A DNA stretch of 64,000 nt from Schmidtea polychroa (Eukaryota): positions 49,292,001 through 49,356,000 of the forward strand of contig CM097885.1 of the NCBI GenBank assembly GCA_044892525.1. The letters run 5' to 3'. Shown here piece after piece: positions 10,702 to 19,919 of this stretch. Made by a program: the position numbers and the translations under genes. Position 1 is the first letter of the stretch. Each line of letters opens with the position of its first letter. The notes beneath the pieces are model-generated. The model was not told where the DNA came from, searched no databases, and saw only the letters and a list, made by a program, of their open reading frames with translations.

Positions 10702-13700
10702 ATGGGAGCGAAAAATCAAAAACGCCAAGTAGTAGCGTTGGCTAACATCATCTTAAAGACATCAGAGAATATCCACAATCTGAGAGGAATGGCAAAGGCA
10801 ATAGAGGAATACCGGCAATATAATGAATGGTATCCAGAACAGCTAGAACAAATTATTCGAAAATGGAGAAATCAGGAATGGGCACAAGACACCCAGGAGA
10901 GGTATCACATCCGAATCAAGTATCCGGACAAGAGCATCGAGGAACTAGAGGTGCATCCAACAACAAAAATTAGAGAATTAAAAAAGAAATTAGCATATGA
11001 AACTCCATTCCATCTGCAACTGTTCGGAAAATCACTAGACGATAATGCAGACGTCGGGATAACACCCATGAGATTGGAAGAGACAAATGTGTTAACAATG
11101 GCAGAAACGTTGGGGAAACCGTTAAAAAGGAAAAGTAAAATTATTAAACCAACAAAAGGCAGTTTGAGTACTCCAAGTCCGAACAAAGCACCAAGTAAAT
11201 CTAATGAAACTGAAGAAGTTGAAGAGATAATCCTGGAAGATAGTGACGATGAACCAGGAGAAAGATCACCGCTATTAGTGAGATGGCCGACAGGAGCCGA
11301 AATGTGGACTAATAACCAGCCATCAACGAGTTATCAACAACCAACGAAACTGAACATCAAAGAAATCATCGACAATACTACGGAAACCGAAACGGATGAA
11401 CAATTCCAGAAGCAAAGAGAACCAACGAAAGTAACACCAGAAAGTCAAACCGACAAAATAATAGACGAATGGAATGAGTGGCTAAGAAATAACGATAGCT
11501 CATTACCCAGAACGGATAACGAAAGAAATCCGAATTACGAAAATACCAGAGAAGCCGGAACGATGATGGAAAAACGGGCAAAAGGAAGACCTAAGAAACA
11601 AGGAGAAAAGTCTGAGTTTAAAACCAAAGAACAACTAAAGCAAGAACAAGGACAAGTTCGATTAGGAAAATTGGATAAAATAGTATGGGATCTAAAGGAA
11701 GCCCAACCAACGATCGAAAGAGGAGAAAAATGGATACGAGAATTGTTAAAAGATATGTTAATAATAACAAACCCACAACTTAGACGTTTGTGGCAACGGA
11801 AAGTAGCCAGTACGGAAGCTAGACAATTATGGCACACCATTTCGGGGATAATCCCGAAGTTAATCAAAGAGAAAACGAAAACCACCAAAACGGATTGGGA
11901 CGAAACAAAGAGAGTGATTGAGCAGCTCACGACAAATGCAAATGATGACGAACATCACCTAGTGGTAATCACGTATTTGATGTATAATTTGATGGGACTA
12001 GCTGCGAGGAAAATACCAAATAAACAGTTTGCAAATCATGTGGAAATGACCGTTTCAATCATAGAGAATACTATTGAACCACATATTATTCGTGCAGGAG
12101 GATGGAAAAGACTAATACAAGCGCCACGGAAAAATGAGCAAGAAAGGTCGATGCAAGTTAGATTGAAAAAACTGTTAAATGAACTAGAATGGGAACTACC
12201 GATGAAAGATCCCGCAAGCAGAAAAGCATCAATAAATTCGTTAATGATGACTATGATGATATGGATGTTGTGCACAAGTGGAGCAACAGGCTTCACCATC
12301 TACGATTGTGATAATATGATAATGAGAGATAAATACTCATTGAGAGACATAGAAGAATGCAGACAAGCCTCACCCAACAAATTGGACATCGTGAGAACAA
12401 AAGTTACTTACCATGTATATCAAGAATCAGATTTCATCAGAACGCAAGCAAGGGAATGCGTAGTATCAAAAAAGGTACTCGCATATTACTGTGGACAATA
12501 TTCGTATTCGACTCTTATACTACCCGGTCTGGATAAGGAAATCGTATCAATACAACGAGAGGATTGTAAAGAGCTATTTAGAACCGGAGCGCTAAAAATG
12601 CATAACGGAGTGACAATTCACGGACAAACTGGAATGATTAAAACCGAAAGTGTTTACGTATCCGGAAAAGTAAAATCATCAGATGGGTCATGTAACGGAG
12701 GGACGTATACGATCCGAGGCGAGGTAATATCGGGAGTTGTAGTGATCGAGTCTTACACGGTCGAATTAAAAGAATACGAAGCGCAATTTGACGCAAATAA
12801 TTACCAAATGAAGACCAACCCAGCGTGTAAAGCTACAGAAAACGTATGCAGGACAGGAGTATCAACTATAATCTATGAAGCTAATACCCAAAAATGCCGA
12901 CTCCAACTGTTAAAAAGTGCTTTGTTCAATGAAGTAAAAGGAGAAATATATGAGAACGAGAACGACGAGGATGGAAACGACAGAGTGAGAATGCGAAATG
13001 GAAAACCAATGCCACCATCTCCCAGAGAAAAGAGACTTTCAACGCAGAAGACACCAACAGCATTAATCACAGACGATCCAGATCTAGGTATGAGGTTTAT
13101 CAAAGAGAAAGAAACCACCAAATGTGACAGTATAGTATATAAAACCAATTACGCAGGCATCTATATGTCGAGACAAATAATCGATAGAGCAGTGGGAAAG
13201 ATAGCAACGGAGGACGTAAAACTATACTTATATGCAAATAATAAAATGGATTTTCTATTTCATCGTGGACAAACGACCTTGCAAAAAGTATATTACGATC
13301 TGATACAAAACGATTGTTCATTGAATAAAGAAATATTGAAAACAAAGCTAGCTATTGCGATAACGCACCCAGATAACACGATGCCATCACTCCCATTACC
13401 AGATGGACACTTTGGTAGAATGGTAGGAGAAGTGATGTACACATACCAGTGTACCAAGACGTATGCACGAATGCCAGAAAAATCCATACTACCCGAAAAG
13501 AGATGTGCAAATGAATTAGAAATCCGTTATAAAGGACAAAATCGATTCGTCCAACCAGTCACTAGAATTATGAATCCAGTGGGTTTCTACCCAAATCTCT
13601 TTAACTGTTCTAATGCATACGGACCTTTATATGAAAGGCCCGATGGGAAATGGATGATGTTACCGGGAAAAACCATATCCGAGGAGCCCAAGAAATTTGG

Positions 13701-16700
13701 ATTAATAGAACTCGCCACAGAGCTGGATTTCAAACCTATAGACGTGTCAAACGGTGGTATGTATTCCCCAGAAGATCTAGAAACAGCACGACTTAACGTA
13801 CTCTTCCCAGCCAGACGAGAATCCATTTTGTCTAATATGGTTACAATAACTGGGGGCACAAATTATCAATCAGGCCCGAATTACGAGCTGCTATTATCGC
13901 CAGACCATTTTCAACAAGCTACGTCAAACATGATGAAAGCAATGTGGGGAAGATTCTTAGTTTTTGGACAAATGATGGCCGGGATACTAGGGATCATACT
14001 CATAATTCAGATAGTCAGAGTAATACTAACACAAATGTTAGCTTGTTTCGATATATACAAGCGGGAAAAGAAAGTTAACTGGAAAATGATAGTAGGTTTC
14101 TTACCATTTTTAGCTAAGACCATGGTATTACATGGCCACTCAAAAGACATCCATCGGATAAAGCGATTGATAAAAATATTAACAAAGATTAAAGGAACCG
14201 ACGAAGAAGTAGGCAGACGATTCCGGAAAGTAATGTACGATGAAGCAACAAGACGACAATTGAAAAAGAATAAGCCAAAATTCTTGGACCGATTTAGAAG
14301 CCAATCATCTAACAGCGATAGTGACGACGATGATAACGGGAACGATAAATGTCTTTATCCAAACAGAAACCCAAACGAAAAACCAATGGAAACGGCACCA
14401 TATTGGGAAAAGGAAAAGACAAACACCTGGATCGCCAATGGAAGCTATATACCACCGGATATCGTGGGACCACAAGCAGCTTTGACCATGACACAAAATA
14501 TGTATCCGCAATTACCGAGCCAACCCGGTATGCATTATATGCCGACACGACGTACCAAAAGTGTAGATCAAGCAGATGACGTAAGAACAATCGCAGCAAT
14601 GAGTCTGCCTGGAGGTCCAGCAGTAACAGTTATGATTCAAATCAATGGTAAAGAAACCAATGCTATGATAGACACCGGAGCTAATGTATCAGCGATAGCG
14701 ATTAATCAAATCCCCAGTAAACACTGGAAAAATATCGAATCAACAACAATTCACATCATAGCATGTAGTAAAGAAACAGTGGACGTGGTCGGAAGATGGT
14801 GGACTACATTGAGATACCAGGACAACGAAATTGAAACGTATTTGGCAGTAATACCAAAACTTAGCGTACCATGCATAATCGGAACGGATTTGATGCCAGA
14901 ATTGTTAAAAGAAGTCGTAATTGACTTAACAACCATGTGTTTAAAAGACAAAACCGGTAGAATATGCAAAATGAATGCAGTCATCAGATGTCCAGAAAAA
15001 ATAATAGTACCAGCAAAATCGCAGATGATTTGTCAGATAAAAGTGGATACGGGTATGGAAGGAGAAGTTATCTTTGAACCAAGCAAGTCATTCGAAAAGC
15101 GACGAGAATTACCGCTCGCAAGAGAAATAATCACAATAAACCAAGAAGGAGTGATACCGCTCAACATCACGAATTTCGAAGAGGAAGACAAAATCATTTA
15201 TGAGAACGAAAAATTGGGAAGATTGACCCCAATGATGGACATAGAATTACCGAAAGTGACCAACGAGATGATCAAAGATGATGAATTATGGATAATAGAT
15301 AGTATGTTGTTGACGAATGATGAAAAGAAAAAATTACACCGATTGTTGGTAGAATATAAAGATATATTCGCCATCTCAGACTTAGACTTGGGTACATGCG
15401 ATGTTACCCTACATGCAATACCCCTCATAGATGAAACTCCAATTGCATTAAGACCATACAAGCTAGCAGAAATGCAAAAAGAAATAGCCGAAGCCGAAGT
15501 ACAAAAGATGCTGGACGCAAAAGTAATCGAACCAAGTTGCTCACCTTGGCAATTCCCAGTGGTCATGGTGAAAAAGAAAGATGGCACCCAACGATTCTGT
15601 ATCGATTATCGGAAGTTAAACGCAGTGACCAAGAGAGATACCTATCCATTGCCGGACATCAATGAGATGTTATTGATGTTGCAAGGGGCAGCATATTTTA
15701 CTTCTTTAGATCTAAAAAGTGGATACTGGCAGATTAAAGTCAAAGATGAGGACAAAGAGAAAACAGCTTTCACATTGGGACGAGATCTATATCAATTCAG
15801 GAAAATGCCATTTGGACTGACCAACGCACCAGCATCATTTCAACGGTGTATGAACTTTGTCACCCATGGAATCAAACAATGTATGGTATATATTGATGAT
15901 TTACTAATCTATTCAGCGACATTTGAACAACATCTGGAAGATATCCGAAACGTATTTATTAGATTAAGACAGTGGAAACTCAAACTCAAACCATCAAAAT
16001 GCGATTGGGCAAAGGAAAAAGTCACGTTTTTAGGACACATAGTGTCAGCTAAAGGAAAGGAGCCAGATCCAAGAAACATTGAGAAAATAAAAACATGTCC
16101 AGCACCGAAAACTGTCACCCAAGTTCAGGAATTTCTAGGATTATGCGGATACTATCGCAAATTTATCAAAAATTATGCAGGAATTGCAAAACCAATCCAG
16201 GAATTAGTAAAGAAGGATATGTCGTTCATTTGGGAAAAAGAACAACAACAGGCGTTCGAAACGCTGAGAGATAAACTAATCGAAGCACCTATCCTCGTAC
16301 ACCCAGATTTTAAGAAGCCATTTCTATTGGCAACGGATGCAAGCGGGTACGCGGCAGGCGCGATTCTGGGACAATTAGACGATGAGGGAAAAGAGAGAGT
16401 AATCGGGTATTACAGTCGAACATTCAAAAAGCACGAAAAGAACTATTCGGTAACAGAACGAGAAGCATTGGCTATAATACAAGCTATCAAACACTTCCGA
16501 TATTTACTATGGGGACATGAGATATGCATAACCACGGATCATCAACCATTAGTGTGGTTAGGGCAACATAAAGAAGCGTCCAGTAGACTGATGCGATGGG
16601 CCATGCAATTGCAAGAATACTCCCCATTTATAAAATTCAAAGCGGGAAGAGCAAATGCCAACGCCGATTGTATGTCAAGATTTATTTTCCCAGATTTAGT

Positions 16701-19700
16701 GGATTCAGAAATGCAACGCATATGCTTAATAGTAGCGGAAGATTTGGATTTCTGTCAATTACGAAAGGACCAACAAGAGGACGCGGAATTAAAACAAATT
16801 ATCGATTATGTAAAAACCGGAAAGACAGAGGTATATGCGAAAGACCAAAAATTAAAAGAACATATGGATAAACACCGACACCGATATATTATAGAGAAAG
16901 ATTGGTTGCTGATAATGGATGGGGAAAAACGATTAATGTGTATACCGGAAAACCGACGAAAAGAGTTACTAACGCAATATCACGATGGGAGATTGGGAGG
17001 ACATATGTCATCGAAAAAGACGTTAGCAAGAATGAAACAGAAATATTTTTGGCCTACGTTAACTGAAGATGTAACCGAATGGGTAAAAAATTGTCTAACT
17101 TGTGCAACCAGGAAGAATACTGGATCGAAATGGAAAGCACCTTTAACGCCAATGCCAGTACCAATAGAACCAATGACAATGATATCCATGGACGTAGTTG
17201 GTCCACTACCAGAGTCAGATAAAGGAAACGTTTACATTCTAGTGATCACGGACTTTCTTACGAAATTCCCAGAAGCATTCGCGATGCCAGACCAAAAAGC
17301 TAAAACAATCGCAAAAATTTTGGTAGAAGAGATATGTTGCCGATATGGAACACCAAAACAAATCTTAACCGATCAGGGAACTAATTTTATGAGTGAGATA
17401 ATGAGCGAAGTAACAAATTACTTCAAAATAGCAAAACTAAGAACATCTCCATACCACCCTCAAACCAATGGGATGACGGAAAGATTTAATGGAACACTTA
17501 TACAAATGTTATCAAACTACGTTGACCGTCACCAACGAGATTGGGACGAATATATAAACCTATGTCTTATGGCGTACAGAATGTCGATTCACGCATCAAC
17601 GAAAATGAGCCCATTCAAATTAATGTACGGAAGAGAATGTAATATGCCAATGGACCTGGAATACCAACCACCGATATCGCAGTATATGGAGATCGATGAT
17701 TATGTTACGAAATTCAAGGAAAGAATGCAAGAAATTTGGGAAACTGCGGGATTAAATATCAAGTTCTACCAGGAAAGTTATAAAGATTTACACGATCGAA
17801 AGAAAAACGTGAAGCAACATACGTTCCAAACAGGTGATTGGGTAATGATAGAAACCCCGGAATTAATTCCAGGAACCACAAAAAAGTTACAACGCAACGG
17901 AAAAGGACCATATGAGATCTTATTCGTAGGCGAAACTAATGTAAGAGTGAAATTGGTAAATAACCCCTTTACCAGACCAATATACGTAAACGTGGCACGA
18001 TGCAAATCAATTCCAAAAACAGCCACTAGTCAACCAGAAGGCCGTACATTAACCACACGTTCGCAAACCTACCGAATGAACATGATGCAACAACCCGCAG
18101 AACCGATCACTGGACGATTAGGTATCCAACCATCAGAAGCGGAAAAGATTGTAAAAGAGGTAAAAATTAAAATACCTGGATGGGCAAAAGATCGATTAGA
18201 TTTCGAAATATTAGGAGGATTATTGACGATGATCGAGAACTATGCAAATAGAGAAAGGACACACCCATTATTGCGAGTAGTCAAAAGCCAATGGCCAATA
18301 TTATTTACAATAACAGATCATTACGGAGACACACCATTACACAAACTCATGAAAGTAGGTAACAACGAGCAAATACTAGAAACAATAGAAGCATTTCACG
18401 ACTGCAAGCGATCAACAGAACAAACAAACAACCAAGGTTACACACCATTAATGATAGCCGCAAACAGAGGCAAAACAAAAGACATTATAACCGCATTACT
18501 CGATACCGGATCGAAAATAACTACACAAGACCACGAGCGGAAAAACGCTCTACATCATGCTATCGAAGGGAGAAGTACCGAGGCGTTCACGTCATTGATG
18601 GAACTACTATCATATGAGGACAATCGGGAAGTCGGAAACATGTATGATGGATTGTTAACAGCGATCAAAGAAAAACTGACGACAATTACCGGAATATTAA
18701 TTACATGGAGAAATCCAATTCGAAACGATTATATGATCAACGTAAACGAAGCGTTCACGAGAGGAGAGAACACGCTGATGAGAGAAGCTATGAAAGGACA
18801 TCATTTATTCGAAATCCCGAATCAATTACTAGAACGAGGGATAAAATTCACAAATCACAAAGACGAACAGTTAACAAAAAAGCGAATCGACACATTCGAA
18901 AAATCACTATTCCAATTTACTAACCAAGTACGAAATAAATATTGGGAAACGGTAAGTGTGTTATATATGATGGACACGATGAATAACATCCGCGAGAATT
19001 ACATGGATATTATCCAAATACTTACAGCAGAGGAACGAATCAATAATCCAAACGGAAAGAAAATGAAAATAAAGTATGAGAAATCCAGGGAATCAAAGTC
19101 AACAACGAACCAAACGGTCACAAACAACGTCATCGAAACCAAATCAATGAGTATAGATCAAGAGGCAATAATACGCAAAGCAAAAGAAGTGTTCTTTGAG
19201 GAAATGCTAGAGCTGCCAGACGAAATAATATTGTCCAAAATAATAAAAGCCGTACACACATACGCAAGAGATCAAACCACGGGTTTAGATATCGGGAAAA
19301 TCAAAACCTTCTTGCCTCGAGCATTTACGATGGTAACGAAGGATTCCAGAACACCCCTACAACAAGCAATACTAGCGGCGAAAGAAAATAGAGCAATAAC
19401 GATCGTGAGAATCCTTGGAGAGATGGGCGAGGAAACCAACACGAAAAATGAACAAGGTGAAACCGCCATGATGTATGCAGCTATAACGAAAATACACCCA
19501 AAAACACTCCACATCCTACATCAATCAGGATCGAAACTAGACGAAAAGTCCAATGAAGGAAATTCCACCTTGGACTGGGCAACCATACAGCCAAACTTAG
19601 AAATGATCAGATTTATTTGCAAAAATGCGACAAAAGAAGAAGTTGAAAATATGTGCAAAAACACATCTCAGTTTCAATGGAATACGGTACGGAAAAATCT

Positions 19701-19839
19701 AGAAGCAATGAAATTATTATTAACCTGGAGAGTACCACAAAATAATAAATATGCGATAAATGTAAACGAATTCTACGAAAACGGAGAAAATGCGATGGTA
19801 AAGAATACCCTAACTAAGGGGGGGGGACACCTAAAATAA
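10702..19839 (+). CDS. pol: 3045-aa polyprotein: Ubl, Bcl-2-like, Env (chuvirus-type glycoprotein), PR, RT, RNase H, IN, two ankyrin modules
   Basis: PR IDTGA (14671); RT YIDD (15889-15900); RH LATDAS...EREALA...TDH; IN HHCC, MDVVGP, TDQG, ERFN, GPY; ankyrin GDTPLH, GYTPLMIAA, GETAMMYAA. Same frame as gag. Confidence 0.96.
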   Translation: MGAKNQKRQVVALANIILKTSENIHNLRGMAKAIEEYRQYNEWYPEQLEQIIRKWRNQEWAQDTQERYHIRIKYPDKSIEELEVHPTTKIRELKKKLAYETPFHLQLFGKSLDDNADVGITPMRLEETNVLTMAETLGKPLKRKSKIIKPTKGSLSTPSPNKAPSKSNETEEVEEIILEDSDDEPGERSPLLVRWPTGAEMWTNNQPSTSYQQPTKLNIKEIIDNTTETETDEQFQKQREPTKVTPESQTDKIIDEWNEWLRNNDSSLPRTDNERNPNYENTREAGTMMEKRAKGRPKKQGEKSEFKTKEQLKQEQGQVRLGKLDKIVWDLKEAQPTIERGEKWIRELLKDMLIITNPQLRRLWQRKVASTEARQLWHTISGIIPKLIKEKTKTTKTDWDETKRVIEQLTTNANDDEHHLVVITYLMYNLMGLAARKIPNKQFANHVEMTVSIIENTIEPHIIRAGGWKRLIQAPRKNEQERSMQVRLKKLLNELEWELPMKDPASRKASINSLMMTMMIWMLCTSGATGFTIYDCDNMIMRDKYSLRDIEECRQASPNKLDIVRTKVTYHVYQESDFIRTQARECVVSKKVLAYYCGQYSYSTLILPGLDKEIVSIQREDCKELFRTGALKMHNGVTIHGQTGMIKTESVYVSGKVKSSDGSCNGGTYTIRGEVISGVVVIESYTVELKEYEAQFDANNYQMKTNPACKATENVCRTGVSTIIYEANTQKCRLQLLKSALFNEVKGEIYENENDEDGNDRVRMRNGKPMPPSPREKRLSTQKTPTALITDDPDLGMRFIKEKETTKCDSIVYKTNYAGIYMSRQIIDRAVGKIATEDVKLYLYANNKMDFLFHRGQTTLQKVYYDLIQNDCSLNKEILKTKLAIAITHPDNTMPSLPLPDGHFGRMVGEVMYTYQCTKTYARMPEKSILPEKRCANELEIRYKGQNRFVQPVTRIMNPVGFYPNLFNCSNAYGPLYERPDGKWMMLPGKTISEEPKKFGLIELATELDFKPIDVSNGGMYSPEDLETARLNVLFPARRESILSNMVTITGGTNYQSGPNYELLLSPDHFQQATSNMMKAMWGRFLVFGQMMAGILGIILIIQIVRVILTQMLACFDIYKREKKVNWKMIVGFLPFLAKTMVLHGHSKDIHRIKRLIKILTKIKGTDEEVGRRFRKVMYDEATRRQLKKNKPKFLDRFRSQSSNSDSDDDDNGNDKCLYPNRNPNEKPMETAPYWEKEKTNTWIANGSYIPPDIVGPQAALTMTQNMYPQLPSQPGMHYMPTRRTKSVDQADDVRTIAAMSLPGGPAVTVMIQINGKETNAMIDTGANVSAIAINQIPSKHWKNIESTTIHIIACSKETVDVVGRWWTTLRYQDNEIETYLAVIPKLSVPCIIGTDLMPELLKEVVIDLTTMCLKDKTGRICKMNAVIRCPEKIIVPAKSQMICQIKVDTGMEGEVIFEPSKSFEKRRELPLAREIITINQEGVIPLNITNFEEEDKIIYENEKLGRLTPMMDIELPKVTNEMIKDDELWIIDSMLLTNDEKKKLHRLLVEYKDIFAISDLDLGTCDVTLHAIPLIDETPIALRPYKLAEMQKEIAEAEVQKMLDAKVIEPSCSPWQFPVVMVKKKDGTQRFCIDYRKLNAVTKRDTYPLPDINEMLLMLQGAAYFTSLDLKSGYWQIKVKDEDKEKTAFTLGRDLYQFRKMPFGLTNAPASFQRCMNFVTHGIKQCMVYIDDLLIYSATFEQHLEDIRNVFIRLRQWKLKLKPSKCDWAKEKVTFLGHIVSAKGKEPDPRNIEKIKTCPAPKTVTQVQEFLGLCGYYRKFIKNYAGIAKPIQELVKKDMSFIWEKEQQQAFETLRDKLIEAPILVHPDFKKPFLLATDASGYAAGAILGQLDDEGKERVIGYYSRTFKKHEKNYSVTEREALAIIQAIKHFRYLLWGHEICITTDHQPLVWLGQHKEASSRLMRWAMQLQEYSPFIKFKAGRANANADCMSRFIFPDLVDSEMQRICLIVAEDLDFCQLRKDQQEDAELKQIIDYVKTGKTEVYAKDQKLKEHMDKHRHRYIIEKDWLLIMDGEKRLMCIPENRRKELLTQYHDGRLGGHMSSKKTLARMKQKYFWPTLTEDVTEWVKNCLTCATRKNTGSKWKAPLTPMPVPIEPMTMISMDVVGPLPESDKGNVYILVITDFLTKFPEAFAMPDQKAKTIAKILVEEICCRYGTPKQILTDQGTNFMSEIMSEVTNYFKIAKLRTSPYHPQTNGMTERFNGTLIQMLSNYVDRHQRDWDEYINLCLMAYRMSIHASTKMSPFKLMYGRECNMPMDLEYQPPISQYMEIDDYVTKFKERMQEIWETAGLNIKFYQESYKDLHDRKKNVKQHTFQTGDWVMIETPELIPGTTKKLQRNGKGPYEILFVGETNVRVKLVNNPFTRPIYVNVARCKSIPKTATSQPEGRTLTTRSQTYRMNMMQQPAEPITGRLGIQPSEAEKIVKEVKIKIPGWAKDRLDFEILGGLLTMIENYANRERTHPLLRVVKSQWPILFTITDHYGDTPLHKLMKVGNNEQILETIEAFHDCKRSTEQTNNQGYTPLMIAANRGKTKDIITALLDTGSKITTQDHERKNALHHAIEGRSTEAFTSLMELLSYEDNREVGNMYDGLLTAIKEKLTTITGILITWRNPIRNDYMINVNEAFTRGENTLMREAMKGHHLFEIPNQLLERGIKFTNHKDEQLTKKRIDTFEKSLFQFTNQVRNKYWETVSVLYMMDTMNNIRENYMDIIQILTAEERINNPNGKKMKIKYEKSRESKSTTNQTVTNNVIETKSMSIDQEAIIRKAKEVFFEEMLELPDEIILSKIIKAVHTYARDQTTGLDIGKIKTFLPRAFTMVTKDSRTPLQQAILAAKENRAITIVRILGEMGEETNTKNEQGETAMMYAAITKIHPKTLHILHQSGSKLDEKSNEGNSTLDWATIQPNLEMIRFICKNATKEEVENMCKNTSQFQWNTVRKNLEAMKLLLTWRVPQNNKYAINVNEFYENGENAMVKNTLTKGGGHLK
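11720..12120 (+). other. Bcl-2-family-like domain within the polyprotein
   Basis: BH2-like IEPHIIRAGGWKRL; BH1-position helix HLVVITYLMYNL; BH3-like EARQLWHTISGI. The canonical NWGR is absent. Confidence 0.55.
12244..14130 (+). other. env: Envelope glycoprotein domain (chuvirus/Jingchuvirales G-like fusogen) inside the polyprotein
   Basis: Signal peptide MMTMMIWMLCTSGATG then FTIYDC; Cys pattern YYCG.YS, DGSC.G, YANNK, DCSL, VGEVMYTYQC, CANEL, FVQPVTRI; furin-type REKR (13024-13035); TM at ~13954-14040. Confidence 0.85.
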
Positions 19840-19919
19840 TTTTAATAGTATTAAATAGAGAAGACCTAAAATTCACGCAAAATCAGAACGAGCAACAACG
19901 AATTGGGAAACATCGTCGT

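Noticed and set aside
14980..15230. dUTPase between PR and RT
   Set aside because: Beta-rich linker common in Gypsy pol; dUTPase catalytic motifs not seen.
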